From Flaccisagitta enflata (Eukaryota): a stretch of DNA of 64,000 nt. Made by a program: the position numbers and the translations under genes. The notes beneath the pieces are model-generated. The model was given only the letters and a program-made list of their open reading frames with translations, was not told the origin of the DNA and searched no databases. How positions within the stretch are numbered: the stretch's first letter is position 1; every line of letters begins with the position of its first letter. Location of the stretch: NCBI GenBank assembly GCA_965153355.1, contig OZ231126.1, positions 37,076,001 through 37,140,000 on the forward strand. Reading direction: 5' to 3'. Below, piece by piece: positions 24,600-37,442 of the stretch.

Positions 24600-24742
24600 T
24601 ACAGTAGTCAAATTCGGTCCAAATTTACTCATATTTTGCATATGTTATGTAATACATTTTCAGATAACTAAACACCTAGCGCACTTTGTAGTAAAATTGC
24701 GCTCTATCCAATAATTTAAGCCACGATTAAAACGCCTTGTAC

Positions 24743-24970
24743 CTGATTTTGTTGCATTTGCTGCTGAAATTGCTGTTGCTGCATGAGACGAATGTTCCTT
24801 TGACGTTGCTGCATGGTTTGTGGATAAGCCATGCTATTGTTGTTGCTGCCATTGCTGCCATGACTGAGGTTGTGGGCGTTGGCGTGAGAACGGTCAAAGT
24901 CGGGATTTCCAATTGGCGAGTTCGGGACTGAATGAGGATTGCCTATCGCTGCGTTGCAAGATGGCACCAT
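24743..24970 (-). CDS. GLI: Gli/Ci exon (MVPSCNAAIG...QQNQ)
   Basis: ttccAG / CAG|GTACAA, 228 nt, phase 0-0. Confidence 0.8.
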
Positions 24971-25087
24971 CTGGAAGCGACAAAAAACTGATTTTATTAT
25001 CTTATTTTCAAATTGGTCCTCTGGCAAGTGGCAACAAATCATCCAAAAGATCTAGCCAGCTTGATCGTCGTGAGGGCGCAATCATAC

Positions 25088-25238
25088 CGGTTGCGATGGC
25101 ATCATGTTGCTGTTGTTTGCGCAATTTCTTCCGTGACTCATATTTTTGTTGGAGTCGTTGTTGTTACTGTTGTTTTGCTTTCTTCGAGATTTTTCCTCCT
25201 TGACGAATCGCACCATATCATCCGGCAAAAGAAGATCA
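25088..25238 (-). CDS. GLI: Gli/Ci exon with conserved DLLLPDDMVRFV motif
   Basis: ttttcAG / CCG|GTATGA, 151 nt, phase 2-0; LPDD motif typical of Gli/Ci. Confidence 0.88.
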
Positions 25239-25350
25239 CTGAAAACGATGAATTGAGCAAGGTTGAAGATTGATTTATAGTCTTGGGCAATGGTTTATTC
25301 AATCGTCTTCTCACTCAATCAACTGAGATTGGTTAGTCCTCTTTACTCAC

Positions 25351-25796
25351 CTGTTGTCATCGCCAGTGTCGGATCCATTTTCACCGTTCATAAAAGAACT
25401 CATGAACGCGGTATTCCAGCTTGCTCCACCGGCTGCCATCGCTTGCATTTGCAGCATGAATTGCTGGGGCGTCATATTCATGGGGCCTTGACGTTGCATG
25501 TTGCCGCCGTTGTTGTTGTTATTATTGTTATGGTTGTCGATAAAACCGTTGTTGTTGTTGCTATTGTTGCGGTTATTTTGACACGGGTTGGTTCCATAAC
25601 AAGGAGAAATGGGAGCTTCCTCCTTTGGAATCATCACCGTGCTGTTGCTGCTGTTATTGTTGCCGCAAGACGAAGATCCATGCGGCGTGCTGCAGTTACT
25701 GGGACGAGACGTGTTTCTTGACGAGCCGAAGGCATTCTCTGACACGTTGTTGCCGGGAAGCGGAGTACTACAAACCATCTGACCATAGTGAGGACC
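25351..25796 (-). CDS. GLI: Gli/Ci exon (GPHYGQMVCSTP...GDDN)
   Basis: ctatcAG (alternative in-frame start at 25778) / AG|GTGAGT; phase 0-2. Confidence 0.8.
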
Positions 25797-25950
25797 CTGA
25801 TAGAATGTTTAAAACGATGCTTAATGACCAAATAATGCGCGACATATCACGAAGACATGTTCACATTGAGGAGAAGTTGGTTATAATGTCTCAGGGGCCT
25901 GAAGAGGCCTATACACCCTATACAAATTATAGGGGCCCCTCAATAGTCAT

Positions 25951-26098
25951 AACAAGGCCGGATACACGGCCATCAGTTGCGGACGGGTGGGCAGGGGTGG
26001 AAATGCGCGTTTTCTCACTTTTCGACTCGATGGTTACGGACCGACTGACGGACGGACGGACAAAGCCTCTTATAGAGTTGCGTGTCCGCAACTAAAAA
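25951..26098 (-). mobile_element. Short Helentron/DINE-like element
   Basis: Closely similar to the reverse complement of 28921-29087. Confidence 0.75.
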
Positions 26099-26429
26099 TA
26101 AAAAGGAAAGCAAAAGGAAAAAAGAAAAAAAGAACAGGAAAAAAAAAAAGCTAATAATACAAATGCTGAAAACTTTTTTCAAAATACTAAAACTTTTTTT
26201 TCTATTTTTGTTACACATCAAAGTACTTAGTTCCACACTTGGAGTTTCTTCTCCAAATAGAATGTATAGAGACTGAAAAGTAATCCATAAAAAAACTACA
26301 TATGCTATCATTTTGGCCGGCAGTCACGCAAAAACTAGGGGGGGGGGGGGGCCGGATTTTTGGATTGTATAGGGGCCAGAAATTTCTCTGCTGGCCCCTG
26401 AATTTGTCATTTCTACTAACGAGTCTTAC

Positions 26430-26671
26430 CTGATTTCTCATATTGTCACTGTTATTGTTGCCACACGAGTGTTGATCATGTTGCCTTCTCATCATCATCC
26501 TTTGGGATTCGTTATTGTTGTTGTGGTTATTGCTTTGTTGGTTGTGAGGTCCGTTGCGAGCGGCGCAATTGGCGCAGTTGGCGCAGGCGGGGCTCAACGG
26601 CTGATCGTGCTCAAAGTTTGAGTTATCGATCGAAAGAGGGCGCATGTGCGCTCCGCTTGATATTGAGCAAC
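26430..26671 (-). CDS. GLI: Gli/Ci exon (CSISSGAHMRPLSIDNS...NMRNQ)
   Basis: aattcAG / CAG|GTAAGA, 242 nt, phase 1-0. Confidence 0.8.
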
Positions 26672-26979
26672 CTGAATTATCATGGAAAGATGAAAAACAG
26701 ATCAATATAAACATCACTAGCCTGAGTTTTGTTTAAAATTTTTATTGAGAATAGAGCAATGATGATTGTTAATAGTCGCGGACTAGCGACTATAAAAGTG
26801 CCTTTGTCCGTCCCTCCGGTTAGCTCGAGTCAGAAAGTGAGAAAATGCGCGTTTTGGATGATGTAGTGGTGATTGTGATTGTGTGGAGGAGGGGGGGGGT
26901 TGTATACCCCTGCTCTCTCGCCCGACGATATTGTAACCGGGGGTTACTTGTTTTTTTTTCACGAGAACTCGGAACTCAC

Positions 26980-27128
26980 CCTGGCCTCCTGACGATACCA
27001 TGACGGAATTGGCAGCGTTAGCTCCTCCAAGTCCGGCTGTGTGAAGGGAGGTCGTGGAACTCCTCCTTGAGGACAGGCTGGAGGTTCCGGAAAACGGGTA
27101 CGGACTCTCGTTTGAGGAGCGTACGGAG
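26980..27128 (-). CDS. GLI: Gli/Ci exon with PKA-type site SRRSS
   Basis: gtgcAG / G|GTGAGT, 149 nt, phase 2-1. Confidence 0.88.
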
Positions 27129-27331
27129 CTGCACATCAAGAATAAATGGATTTGATTTTTTACGGATTTTTTTTTTTTGTTATTCTTGAATAAACAAGAC
27201 ATTATCATGAATAACTTATTAAATCGAGGAATTTGTCTTGTAAGGACAGATCATAAAGAAAGAACAAGAAGATTCTGACTACTACATGTACCTATGAATG
27301 AATTAATGATTGAACAACAACAACTTCATAC

Positions 27332-27467
27332 CTATAAAACGAAGATAGAGTGGAGTTGGAATCGCGCCTGTGTCTGAGTGAGTGACCTTTCCCTGAGTCG
27401 TTTGAGTCGGGCGAATGTCCGAAAGAATGCAAATAATCCAAAGATGTTGATGACGAGCTTGGCAAAT
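27332..27467 (-). CDS. GLI: Gli/Ci exon with first PKA site RRDSNSTLSSFY
   Basis: ctttcAG / AG|GTATGA, 136 nt, phase 1-2. Not in the ORF track. Confidence 0.9.
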
Positions 27468-27590
27468 CTGAAAGAAAAAGGCAAGATGGTGAGTTACTGA
27501 CTACAAGCTAGACGTAGACTTAACTAACTAGCGATGATCGCAGTGATTAGCAAGCAACGTCCAATCAAAGATCCATCATTATTTTCTCAC

Positions 27591-27891
27591 CATTAGTATT
27601 TGCCAAATCCGTGATAATCGTTGGCGGTTTATTCTTGTTGTTGTTGTTGCTTTTCTCCTTTTTCACGTCTCCATGACAACCTCTTCTGTTGTTAAAGTGA
27701 GAGTTGCCATGAAAGCCGTCACCGGCGTTCCCAGTCACGCCGCCACCGCAGCCGCCATCGCCGCCGCGAACACCGTAACCGGATGTGGGGTATCCTCCTT
27801 TAGCGGCCATTTTGGATTTGAGGCGGTGGTGGCTGTTGCCACGGCCACGACCCGCGTGGACGGCCAATGCAACGCCTTCTCCTTCGCCGCC
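27591..27891 (-). CDS. GLI: Gli/Ci exon (GGEGEGVALAV...ITDLANTN)
   Basis: tatcAG / G|GTGAGA, 301 nt, phase 0-1. Confidence 0.82.
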
Positions 27892-28071
27892 CTGATATAA
27901 ACCGAAAATAGAGTTTTTAGGTAAAATGTCTGAAAATTTTCTAAAACTATAAGTAAAATAAATGACAATGAGGTTTACTTTGTGATACTGAAAACAGCAC
28001 TTCATTTTAATTTCTTTGGCTAGCGCGCTAGTAACGCGTTTATGCAAGGTCAATTCTGAAAAATCACTTAC

Positions 28072-28429
28072 TTCAATCTCGATGGGTTCTGGGATGCCGA
28101 CGGATTCCTGGTCTTCGATCGGCGCTTTCACATCGACGACGCCGTCGTAAGGACCGGCAGAAGACGCCGGCCCATCCAACGGCATATCCGGCGTGTTGGG
28201 CGATGACGCCGACGAAGGCGAGGATCCGACAACCTCTTCGCGCAGTTTGGTGTCTTCACCGGCGCCAGCGCCTTCGACGCTCGGGCTGCCGGCGTCGGAA
28301 TCTTCGGCGTCGGCGCCATATTCGGGACTGGCGTCGTTGATACCGAGACCCTCGAAGTCATCGAGGGCGCCGGCGTCGGGGATGACGCCAACATTGCCAC
28401 CGGTGGATAACACGTTGATCTCCACCCCA
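28072..28429 (-). CDS. GLI: Gli/Ci exon (GVEINV...PEPIEIE)
   Basis: gtccAG / GAA|GTAAGT; junction with the previous exon rebuilds the conserved NDSGVE motif. Confidence 0.88.
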
Positions 28430-28764
28430 CTGGACAATCAATATGAAATAAAATTGCTTTTAAAAAGAATTTCGCATTGATAAAAAGTATAAGTTGAGGG
28501 TGAAGAAGATTAAGATATAAAGAGGGAAAAGAAAAAGAAAAAGAAAAAGAAAAAGAAAAAATAAAAGAAAAAAAAATGGAGAAGAAACGGCACAAAAACG
28601 GAAAAAGAAGATAAAGAGAAAAAAAAATCAACGACCAGAAAAAAAGAGGCAGAGCAACGTTGCAATAAACAGAAATAACAACATCAAAAACCGCCACCGC
28701 AACAACAACAAAAACAAGTATGACGGCAACAACAACAACAAAAAAACAAACAACAACAACAACC

Positions 28765-28840
<76 letters not shown>

Positions 28841-28920
28841 CCGACGACAACAAAAACAAAAGCAAGACCGATGACGACGACGACGACGACGATGACGTCT
28901 GGAATGCAATGAAGCCTTAT

Positions 28921-29087
28921 TTTTAGTTGCGGACACGCAACTCTATAAGAGGCTTTGTCCGTCCGTCCGTCCGTTGGTCGGTCGGTCGGTCGGTCGGTCC
29001 GTGGTGATCGAGTTGAAAAGTGGAAAAACGCGCATTTCTGCCCTTGCCCACCCGTCCGCAACTGATGGCCGTGTATCCGGCCTTGTT
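28921..29087 (+). mobile_element. Short Helentron/DINE-like element, about 10 nt from a Gli donor site
   Basis: TTTTAGTTGCGGACACGCAACT palindrome, (GTCC/GTCG)n, 3' GGCCGTGTATCCGGCC hairpin. Confidence 0.75.
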
Positions 29088-29097
29088 TTCTTCGTAC

Positions 29098-29275
29098 CTG
29101 TCATTGTGCGCGGTTTCGCTGGCGTTCGAGGGAGAGTTGGTCGGTGTGGAGGCGTTGTCTTCGGATCCTCGCGTGTCGCCGGAAGGAGAGCCGATATCGC
29201 CGGAAGCCGACATTCCGGCAGGACTTTGACCTCCGTCGAAAGACGAAGAGGGACCGGACATGTCGCCGCCGTAAC
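29098..29275 (-). CDS. GLI: Gli/Ci exon (YGGDMSGP...AHND)
   Basis: attcAG / AG|GTACGA, 178 nt, phase 1-2. Confidence 0.85.
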
Positions 29276-29527
29276 CTGAATATAATTAAGAGAATGAATG
29301 TCGTGAAACTATGATGCACAATTGCACATATTCTTTGATCCTTATACAGAACTACATATTTTGTCTATTTTTTTCGCGTTGTTTTTCTTACTCGATCGTT
29401 CTTTGTTACCATTTTGTCTGTCTGTCTGCTATTCTTTCATTCTTTCATTCTCACTTACTTTCTTTCTTTCTTTCTCCCTTACTTTCTTTCTATCTTGCTT
29501 TCTATCTTTATTTTCATTTTTTCTCAC

Positions 29528-29729
29528 CTTCGCCAGTCTCGACGCCCTCCATTTTGGTGGGTCCTCCTTTGCCCTCATTGTTGTTATTGTTGTTGCCTCC
29601 GAAGCCTTCGCCTTTGTGCTTCTTGTTGGCGTAGAATTCGGGGCCATGAACGGTTTTGACGTGTTTACGCAACGATGAGGGGTCCGTGTAACGCTTCGTA
29701 CAGCCAGGCGCCTTACAGACGTAGGGTTT
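29528..29729 (-). CDS. GLI: Gli/Ci exon, zinc finger 5 ([40 protein letters not shown])
   Basis: Diagnostic Gli ZF5; cgcAG / G|GTGAGA. This frame is not in the ORF track. Confidence 0.97.
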
Positions 29730-29819
29730 CTGCGGGGATGAGTAAGTTGGTTAATTCAAGTTTAACTTTAAACGTTGTGCAACCCAAATAGCGCTCATTC
29801 AAACAGACGCACACATTCA

Positions 29820-29931
<112 letters not shown>

Positions 29932-29991
29932 GAAAAAGAAAGAAAGAAAGATGGAAAGAAAGAAAGAAAGAGAGAAAGAAAGAAAGATGGA

Positions 29992-30027
<36 letters not shown>

Positions 30028-30113
30028 AAGAGAGAAAGAGAGAAAGAAAGAAAGGAAGAAAGCAAGCAAGAAAGAAAGCACTATGAAAAATATATTTGAT
30101 TCTCTTTTTTTCA

Positions 30114-30422
<309 letters not shown>

Positions 30423-30533
30423 TCAAAGAGTTTCAACGTCAAATAAGCCACCATGTCAAATGGTAGAACAAGGAATTTCAAAGATATCACAAGTCACGGT
30501 CGAACGATTTGTGCAAATGAAAGGAATCGGGGG

Positions 30534-30626
<93 letters not shown>

Positions 30627-30691
30627 TGGGAATGATGAATAAGCTGTAAAATCTGTTCGTACGTGAATGTGTTTATTTCTGTGTTCTTTAC

Positions 30692-30885
30692 CTTGAATGG
30701 TTTTTCTTCCCTGGAGCACTCTTCCCATCGGCAGATGAAGGACTTTTTGTTAGCGGCGATGTGGTCGTTGTTGATATGCTTAACGAGCTCGTCCTGAGTG
30801 TTGAACTCGAGTCGACATTCGCCCCAATGACAGTTGGTCTCGGTAAACTCGGGTTCCCCTTCCCCTTGTCCGTCACCGTCATCAC
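30692..30885 (-). CDS. GLI: Gli/Ci exon, ZF1 and start of ZF2
   Basis: [50 protein letters not shown]; aaacAG / AAG|GTAAAG. Confidence 0.97.
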
Positions 30886-31820
30886 CTGTTTGGGTTTTGA
30901 AAGACATGTAGACGGAGATGATTAACGTTCTTTTTGTCTCTTCTTGCGATTTTTTTCCGGTTATTTTCTTGCTTTTTTTTTTCGCTAACAATTTTACACC
31001 AAAACATGTCTACTTTTAGACATAACATAAAGCTCATTTGCATAAAATCGTATTCAGCATTTTCATTTAACGATCTTCGATTATAGTTTTCGGGACGCGG
31101 TGTAGTGAAATATGAATTTAAGTTGTCGGTCTTGGTGTTGTTGCATTTCAAAATCCTCAAATTTAAGAATGTGTACGAAAATATCGATCAATTACATAGG
31201 TAGAAAAACGGTTTCAAATATGGCTATAGATCTGAACAAGACCTAATCATCCGTACCATTTTTTGACTATTCATCGACAATGCCTTGGCTTATTTCAAAT
31301 TACCGATAATTCATCAGTTGGGGGATCAACCCCGAGTCCCCGACTAAAATACAGTGCGATGGGAGCATTAACGGCAGTACAAAGAGGGCCTCTCATTGCC
31401 TCATAATTCGAATGAGGTATTAAAAGTTTTTTTTTTTTTAAAGCTGTGGTTCAAGATATTGAGTGAATATAAAACTTTATGTGAATATAAAACTCTACAA
31501 CAAGTGATGTCAGACAAAACTGACAATTCAATTCTCATCATTATATGAGTGCAATAATTCTGTTGGGAGAAGGCTGAACTTCAGTCAAGCAAATTTGCTC
31601 TCTTTAGACTTAAAGGTTGGAGAGGGGTTGTACCTTTTTTTTTCTTTTTGGTCAACAGTTACAGCTAGAGGTACAAAACTATATTCACTCAAAGCTCTTG
31701 CCCATTAGCTTTTACAAAAACGATACTTGAAGCTACTTCATTTAAATAATGAAGCAGGAAATGACCCTCCATCTAAGGTCCTTATTGCTCCCATCGTACT
31801 GTATAACAGGACTTAATCCC

Positions 31821-31940
<120 letters not shown>

Positions 31941-31942
31941 AC

Positions 31943-33204
31943 CTTCGAATTCTCTTTTCATGTATTCGTTCTTGACTTGGTCGTGTTCCATCATGGTTGA
32001 CGAAGTGACGAGAGGCTCCTTGGCTCCTGAGGGGCTGTGTCCTTCGTTTTTGATTCCCATTCCGTGTTGGCCGACGAATAAGTTGTAAGGATTAGCACCG
32101 GGAGGAAGTCCGCCGCCGGGAGGAGTGTGACCGAGGCCAGGGAACCCGGGGAATCCCGGCACTCCCGTCGTACCGGGTCCCATCGGCCCGCCGGGACGCA
32201 AAAACGGATTCAGTAGACCCGGATGAATGTAAGGTGGACCCGGGACGCCTGGATGGCCCGCGGCCGCCGCTGCAGCAGCCGCTGAATGCGCGGCCGCGGC
32301 AGCCGCTGCGGCGGAAGAGACAGAGCCCGGAAGTGAGGTGGTAGCGGAAGGCGCCGAGGAAACGGCGGCGCTGGAACCCGGACGCATAAACGCCGCGGGG
32401 AAACCCGGATATCCGTGAGGCAGCGCCGCGTGCGGCTGATGTGGATGCAAATTGCCGGGAGACACGGTTCCGGCGGATAAATGCCCGTAAGAACCGGAAG
32501 CCGAACTGCCGGATCGACCGCCGACGCCGTAGAGACTAAGCGCCGTACCGAGTTCCAGCGACGTCGGCGAGGCGCGAGTGATCGACTCCAAGTCGAGAAA
32601 GTCCGACGAAGGCGAATGGGAAAGAGCGCGTTTCCGGTTGGGTTTCGAGGCGCTGCCGGACCGCGTCGGCGAAGATAGGCGAGTGTTTGAGCCACCCGTG
32701 CCGGGCACACCTGTGGCGCTGTGACTACCGCTGCCGCCACCACTGCCACCACCGCTTCCGCCGCCACTTCCGCCGGCGTGACCGCCCTGAAGCGAGGGCA
32801 AGGTGATGGAAGACACGGAAGAGATGGAAGGCGGACCCGAAGAGCCGCGAGTGGATCCGGCGATGCCGCTGCCACCGCCGCTGCCGGGCAGCTGAGAGAG
32901 ATAGTCTGGAGTCAGCGGCGACAAACCGCCGAGTCCGTTGCCGAAAGGCGGCGCTAAAGTCGGCGAAAACCCGCGCATTAACGGCGAAGAGGCCAACGAG
33001 CGATAATATTGTTCCAAGAGGGCGTGAGCGTGCGCGCGACTGTGGCCGCTAAGAGCGCTGCTGGATGCACCCGAAGCCATGCTATGATTCCCGCTGCCCG
33101 CCGGTGAGCCCCCGGGATTCAAACGAGCGTGGAGACCCATAGAAGCGGCGGCGGCGGCGGCGTAGTCAGCCGCCGTTGGAGAAGCGCCAGCTGCCGAGGA
33201 TAAC
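31943..33204 (-). CDS. GLI: Gli/Ci large N-terminal exon (repressor region, SUFU-binding SYGHLS)
   Basis: ctacAG phase 2 / G|GTAACA; RKRALSHSP and SGSYGHLSAG motifs. Confidence 0.93.
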
Positions 33205-33347
33205 CTGTAGAATCAAGAGAGGGGAGGGATAAAGGCTTGTTGAAACAGAGAGACTGACTTGTTTAGGAAACGAAGGGTACAGATGACAGAAACAACAACA
33301 ACGACAACAACAAAAACAACAACAGCAGCAGCAGCAGCAACAGCCGC

Positions 33348-33427
<80 letters not shown>

Positions 33428-34071
33428 CGTTATCCTTGGATTTTGGAGTGAAATATATGGGTATAGTGAGGGATATTGTTCCACCTATCATACGTACAAT
33501 CACGCCAATTTTACTTTCGTCTTTAATTTGTTTGGCTTGTCTGTGTAATGATTGTTTTTTTGTTTCTCAGTCCGTGTGCTTGCGCGTGCTTGCGCGTGCT
33601 TGGGTCATGTCTAACAAGTATTCATCTTTGCATCTTCTGGCTTGCCCATGGGACCATGATTGCGTGACGCACAAGACAAAAGAAAATTTCTCTCTCAATC
33701 TTAGATAAAAAAAAAGTAAGATCTTGTTAGGAGCAGAAATAAAACAAAATTGGCGTGACATAAACTTCTTCTCGTTTCATGATCAATTGGCATTCGATCG
33801 CTCCATTATTTATTTTCTCCTCACATGAAAGTAAAATCCTACTTTTTCCTCTCAAAGAATAGAAATAAATAAATGAAAAAACCTTGTGAAAGTTTTCTAT
33901 TTGTTCATCCAATATATAATTCCTTATCAGTAAATCAAACTTGATCCTTGCTGCTAACGGCCATCTCCGCGAATTTGTTTCACTTTCCCAAAAAAAATTC
34001 TCCCCACTGCAATTTTCGAACAAAACATTCGAGGTCGAAATCAATATTTTTTTCTCAAACATTTCTTTCTC

Positions 34072-34162
<91 letters not shown>

Positions 34163-34802
34163 AACTGTCTCTGCCTATATTTGTAACTTTTTTATTTATA
34201 TTTTTTTACTCTTGAAATGTACGCTCTCTGCTGTGCCCTTTTCGCCCTCCTGCGTATATGTAAATCGCTTACGGCATATGTTAGTTCGATTCAAAGTTCG
34301 CCAGTATAATTTAATGTAAATAAAGAAAGTCTCTCTTAGCTCCCCAACTTCTCAGTTACTATCGCAGGACGTTCGGTCTGTGTTTTTTGAAAGACGATCT
34401 TTTATGTTTAAATAATTTTCTCAGTTTTTCAGTGCGTCCTCGCGCTTCGATATGAGGTCATGTCCGTCTGTCTGTCTGTCTGTCTGTTGGTCGGTTGGTC
34501 GGGTAACGCAAACGTTAGAAATGTGCAAAACAGCTGATTCTTACATATTTATTCGTTCCTATCATCTCGCATGCCTTACCACATTCATTTTCATTCATTC
34601 ATTCATTCATTCATTCATTCATTCATTCATTCATTCATTAAAAACGTTGATTCACAAATTCTAAATCAAGCGAGGTGCACTTATTGGTCATAACTTGGCC
34701 TTGTTTGAGCTATAGACAGTGGATGTCCAATGTGCCCGAATCGTGTCATTGATGATTTAGTTTTATTCTGTATGTATGCCATTTTAATGTGTATGTGTGT
34801 GT

Positions 34803-34881
<79 letters not shown>

Positions 34882-36060
34882 CTTGCTTTGTGTTTGCCTG
34901 TTCCTCTACCTCTGTGCGTATATAGTATGTACTCATTCGTCATAACAGCTAGGCGTATGCCCCTTGTCAATCAAGTGCAAAACATGCGTGTGCGCGTTTA
35001 CATGCAAACTATACAGTAAACACTGACGGCAATTTGTCTTGTCGATGTTTTCGTGTTGAAATTCGTCAATCGATTACATGTTTTAAAACAAAATAAAACC
35101 CACAAGAAAAAAAAAGATTTATTTGAGGCGACGTCTCTCGAATTTCTCTCATTCACGATAGAAATGCTTCGAGCGCCGTCCTTTCTAAAACGGCTCCAGG
35201 ACCGAATGAGAAGGAAACAAAAAAACATTTAGGGGCTTCGTTGGAATGTCGTAGGGAGAAAGAGAGGGAATAAAGGGGGGGGGGAGATAGAAATCGCCCG
35301 ATATAAAATAGTACCCCGTGGCTGAGGGAGGTTCTTTTTCTCAATAGCGCATCCAGATACATGTATGACATTGCAGCCTCGTTGTGTGTTGGAAAGTACT
35401 TTTGTTAGTCGGATCACTCGGATGTATAAAATTTGTTTGTTGGTAATTCTTTGTAAGTTGCTTTTCGCCAAACCTGTAATTTCACCCATCCTTGCTTGTA
35501 CTGTGCAGTTTTAGTGTACAGAAAATCGTGTCCTGGCGGCCTAGCATACAACCAAGATGGGCATCGGGTGATAATTGCCTGCATGGGATGGCTGGACGCC
35601 GCGACGACACCTAAGTTTGGGAATTTCATTTATTCCGGAAAATTCCCGCGGTGCCTTACCATTGCGTAACGGACTGACGGACGGATGGTTACGATCTCTG
35701 TGATATAAAACCGTCGGGAAAATTCGAACCGGAAAAAAATGGGTTCAAATTCGGGGGTTGAACGATATTCGCGAGTGCCTCAAAATCCGACACAAATTTT
35801 GTATCCTTAGATAAACACTGTGTAGACAGCTAGCCTTCTTTACCACCACCACCACCACCACCAACTCCATCACCTCCACCCCATCGTCACTTTCTCCACC
35901 ATTTCCTTCACCACCTCCGCTTCCTCTTTTTTTCTTTCTCTCATCGTAAAGCCTAGTTCTATATTCCCTCAGCTTGTCCCAAGGCTTTGGTAGAAAACTG
36001 ATTACAACTCTGAATTGCATCCCCGACTAAATTCGCTGGGATTTTCTTTCTTTCTTTCCT

Positions 36061-36159
<99 letters not shown>

Positions 36160-36310
36160 GTTACCAAGATAGATGTTTTCAATCAACATCGAGTCTAATT
36201 CCTTCTTGGTTGATTTACTTTGGGAAGGGAAAAAGGGGGATAGCAACTTTTTTTTTCTCGCTAGGAAAGGGCGAGAGTTTCTGATTCTCTCCATTTACGA
36301 TTTCAGTAAT

Positions 36311-36485
36311 AACAAGGCCGGATACACGGCCAATACCAGTCGCGGACGGGTGGGCAGGGGCGGAAATGCGCGTTTTCACACTTTCCAACTCGATCACCAC
36401 GGACCAACCGACCGACCAACCGACCAACCGACCAACGGACGGACGGACAAAGCCTCTTATAGAGTCGCTTGTCCGCGACTAAAAA
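36311..36485 (-). mobile_element. Short Helentron/DINE-like element
   Basis: Same family as 25951-26098 and 28921-29087. Confidence 0.75.
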
Positions 36486-36582
36486 TCGGATAATTTTGTG
36501 ATGTGTCCGGTATTAGGATATTGGTTAAAGATTAGATTGTACGAATGAGAAGAGAGAGGCAGAAAACACGAGATTGTAGAAA

Positions 36583-36624
<42 letters not shown>

Positions 36625-37039
36625 GAAGCCCCAGCAGACCAACAGACAGTACGATAGTCAGATAGACAACGGATCGGACAAACTCGGTCCCTTTACAGTA
36701 ATTCCCATTTCACATCCTCGTAAAACAGCGTTAATGTGAATTACAAATGCTTCGTCAGTCGTAATGCCGTCTCAATCCGGCCTTTTCTTCCACGACGCTT
36801 GTAGTTGTACACAGACTTTTTCCCTCTTTTCTCTTCCTCTGTTTCTAGATAACCCAGAAACGCATTCCTACCAAACCTCGAAATTATCGAAAAGTAGTTT
36901 TTCACCTCGAGCTATATTGATATCAAAACTTTTATCGTCGCCCCTTCTTCTTCATTCTTAATTCTTTTCGCTTCTATACAAATTTCCTTTTCTTACAGAA
37001 TTTCTTCTCTCTTTTTTTATTATTTCTTCCTTACTTGCC

Positions 37040-37201
<162 letters not shown>

Positions 37202-37355
37202 GCTTTGTATCTCCAGGCATGCTGGGTGCAGCTTAACAAAAACTCAGAGAATCTCCCAAGAACAGATTTTCTTGGCGAAAGTGAGAGGCCTTCCAAATCT
37301 AGATGGATAGATGGAGAGGAAGATGGAGGAGGAGGTGGTAGAGCAAAAAATGAAA

Positions 37356-37442
<87 letters not shown>

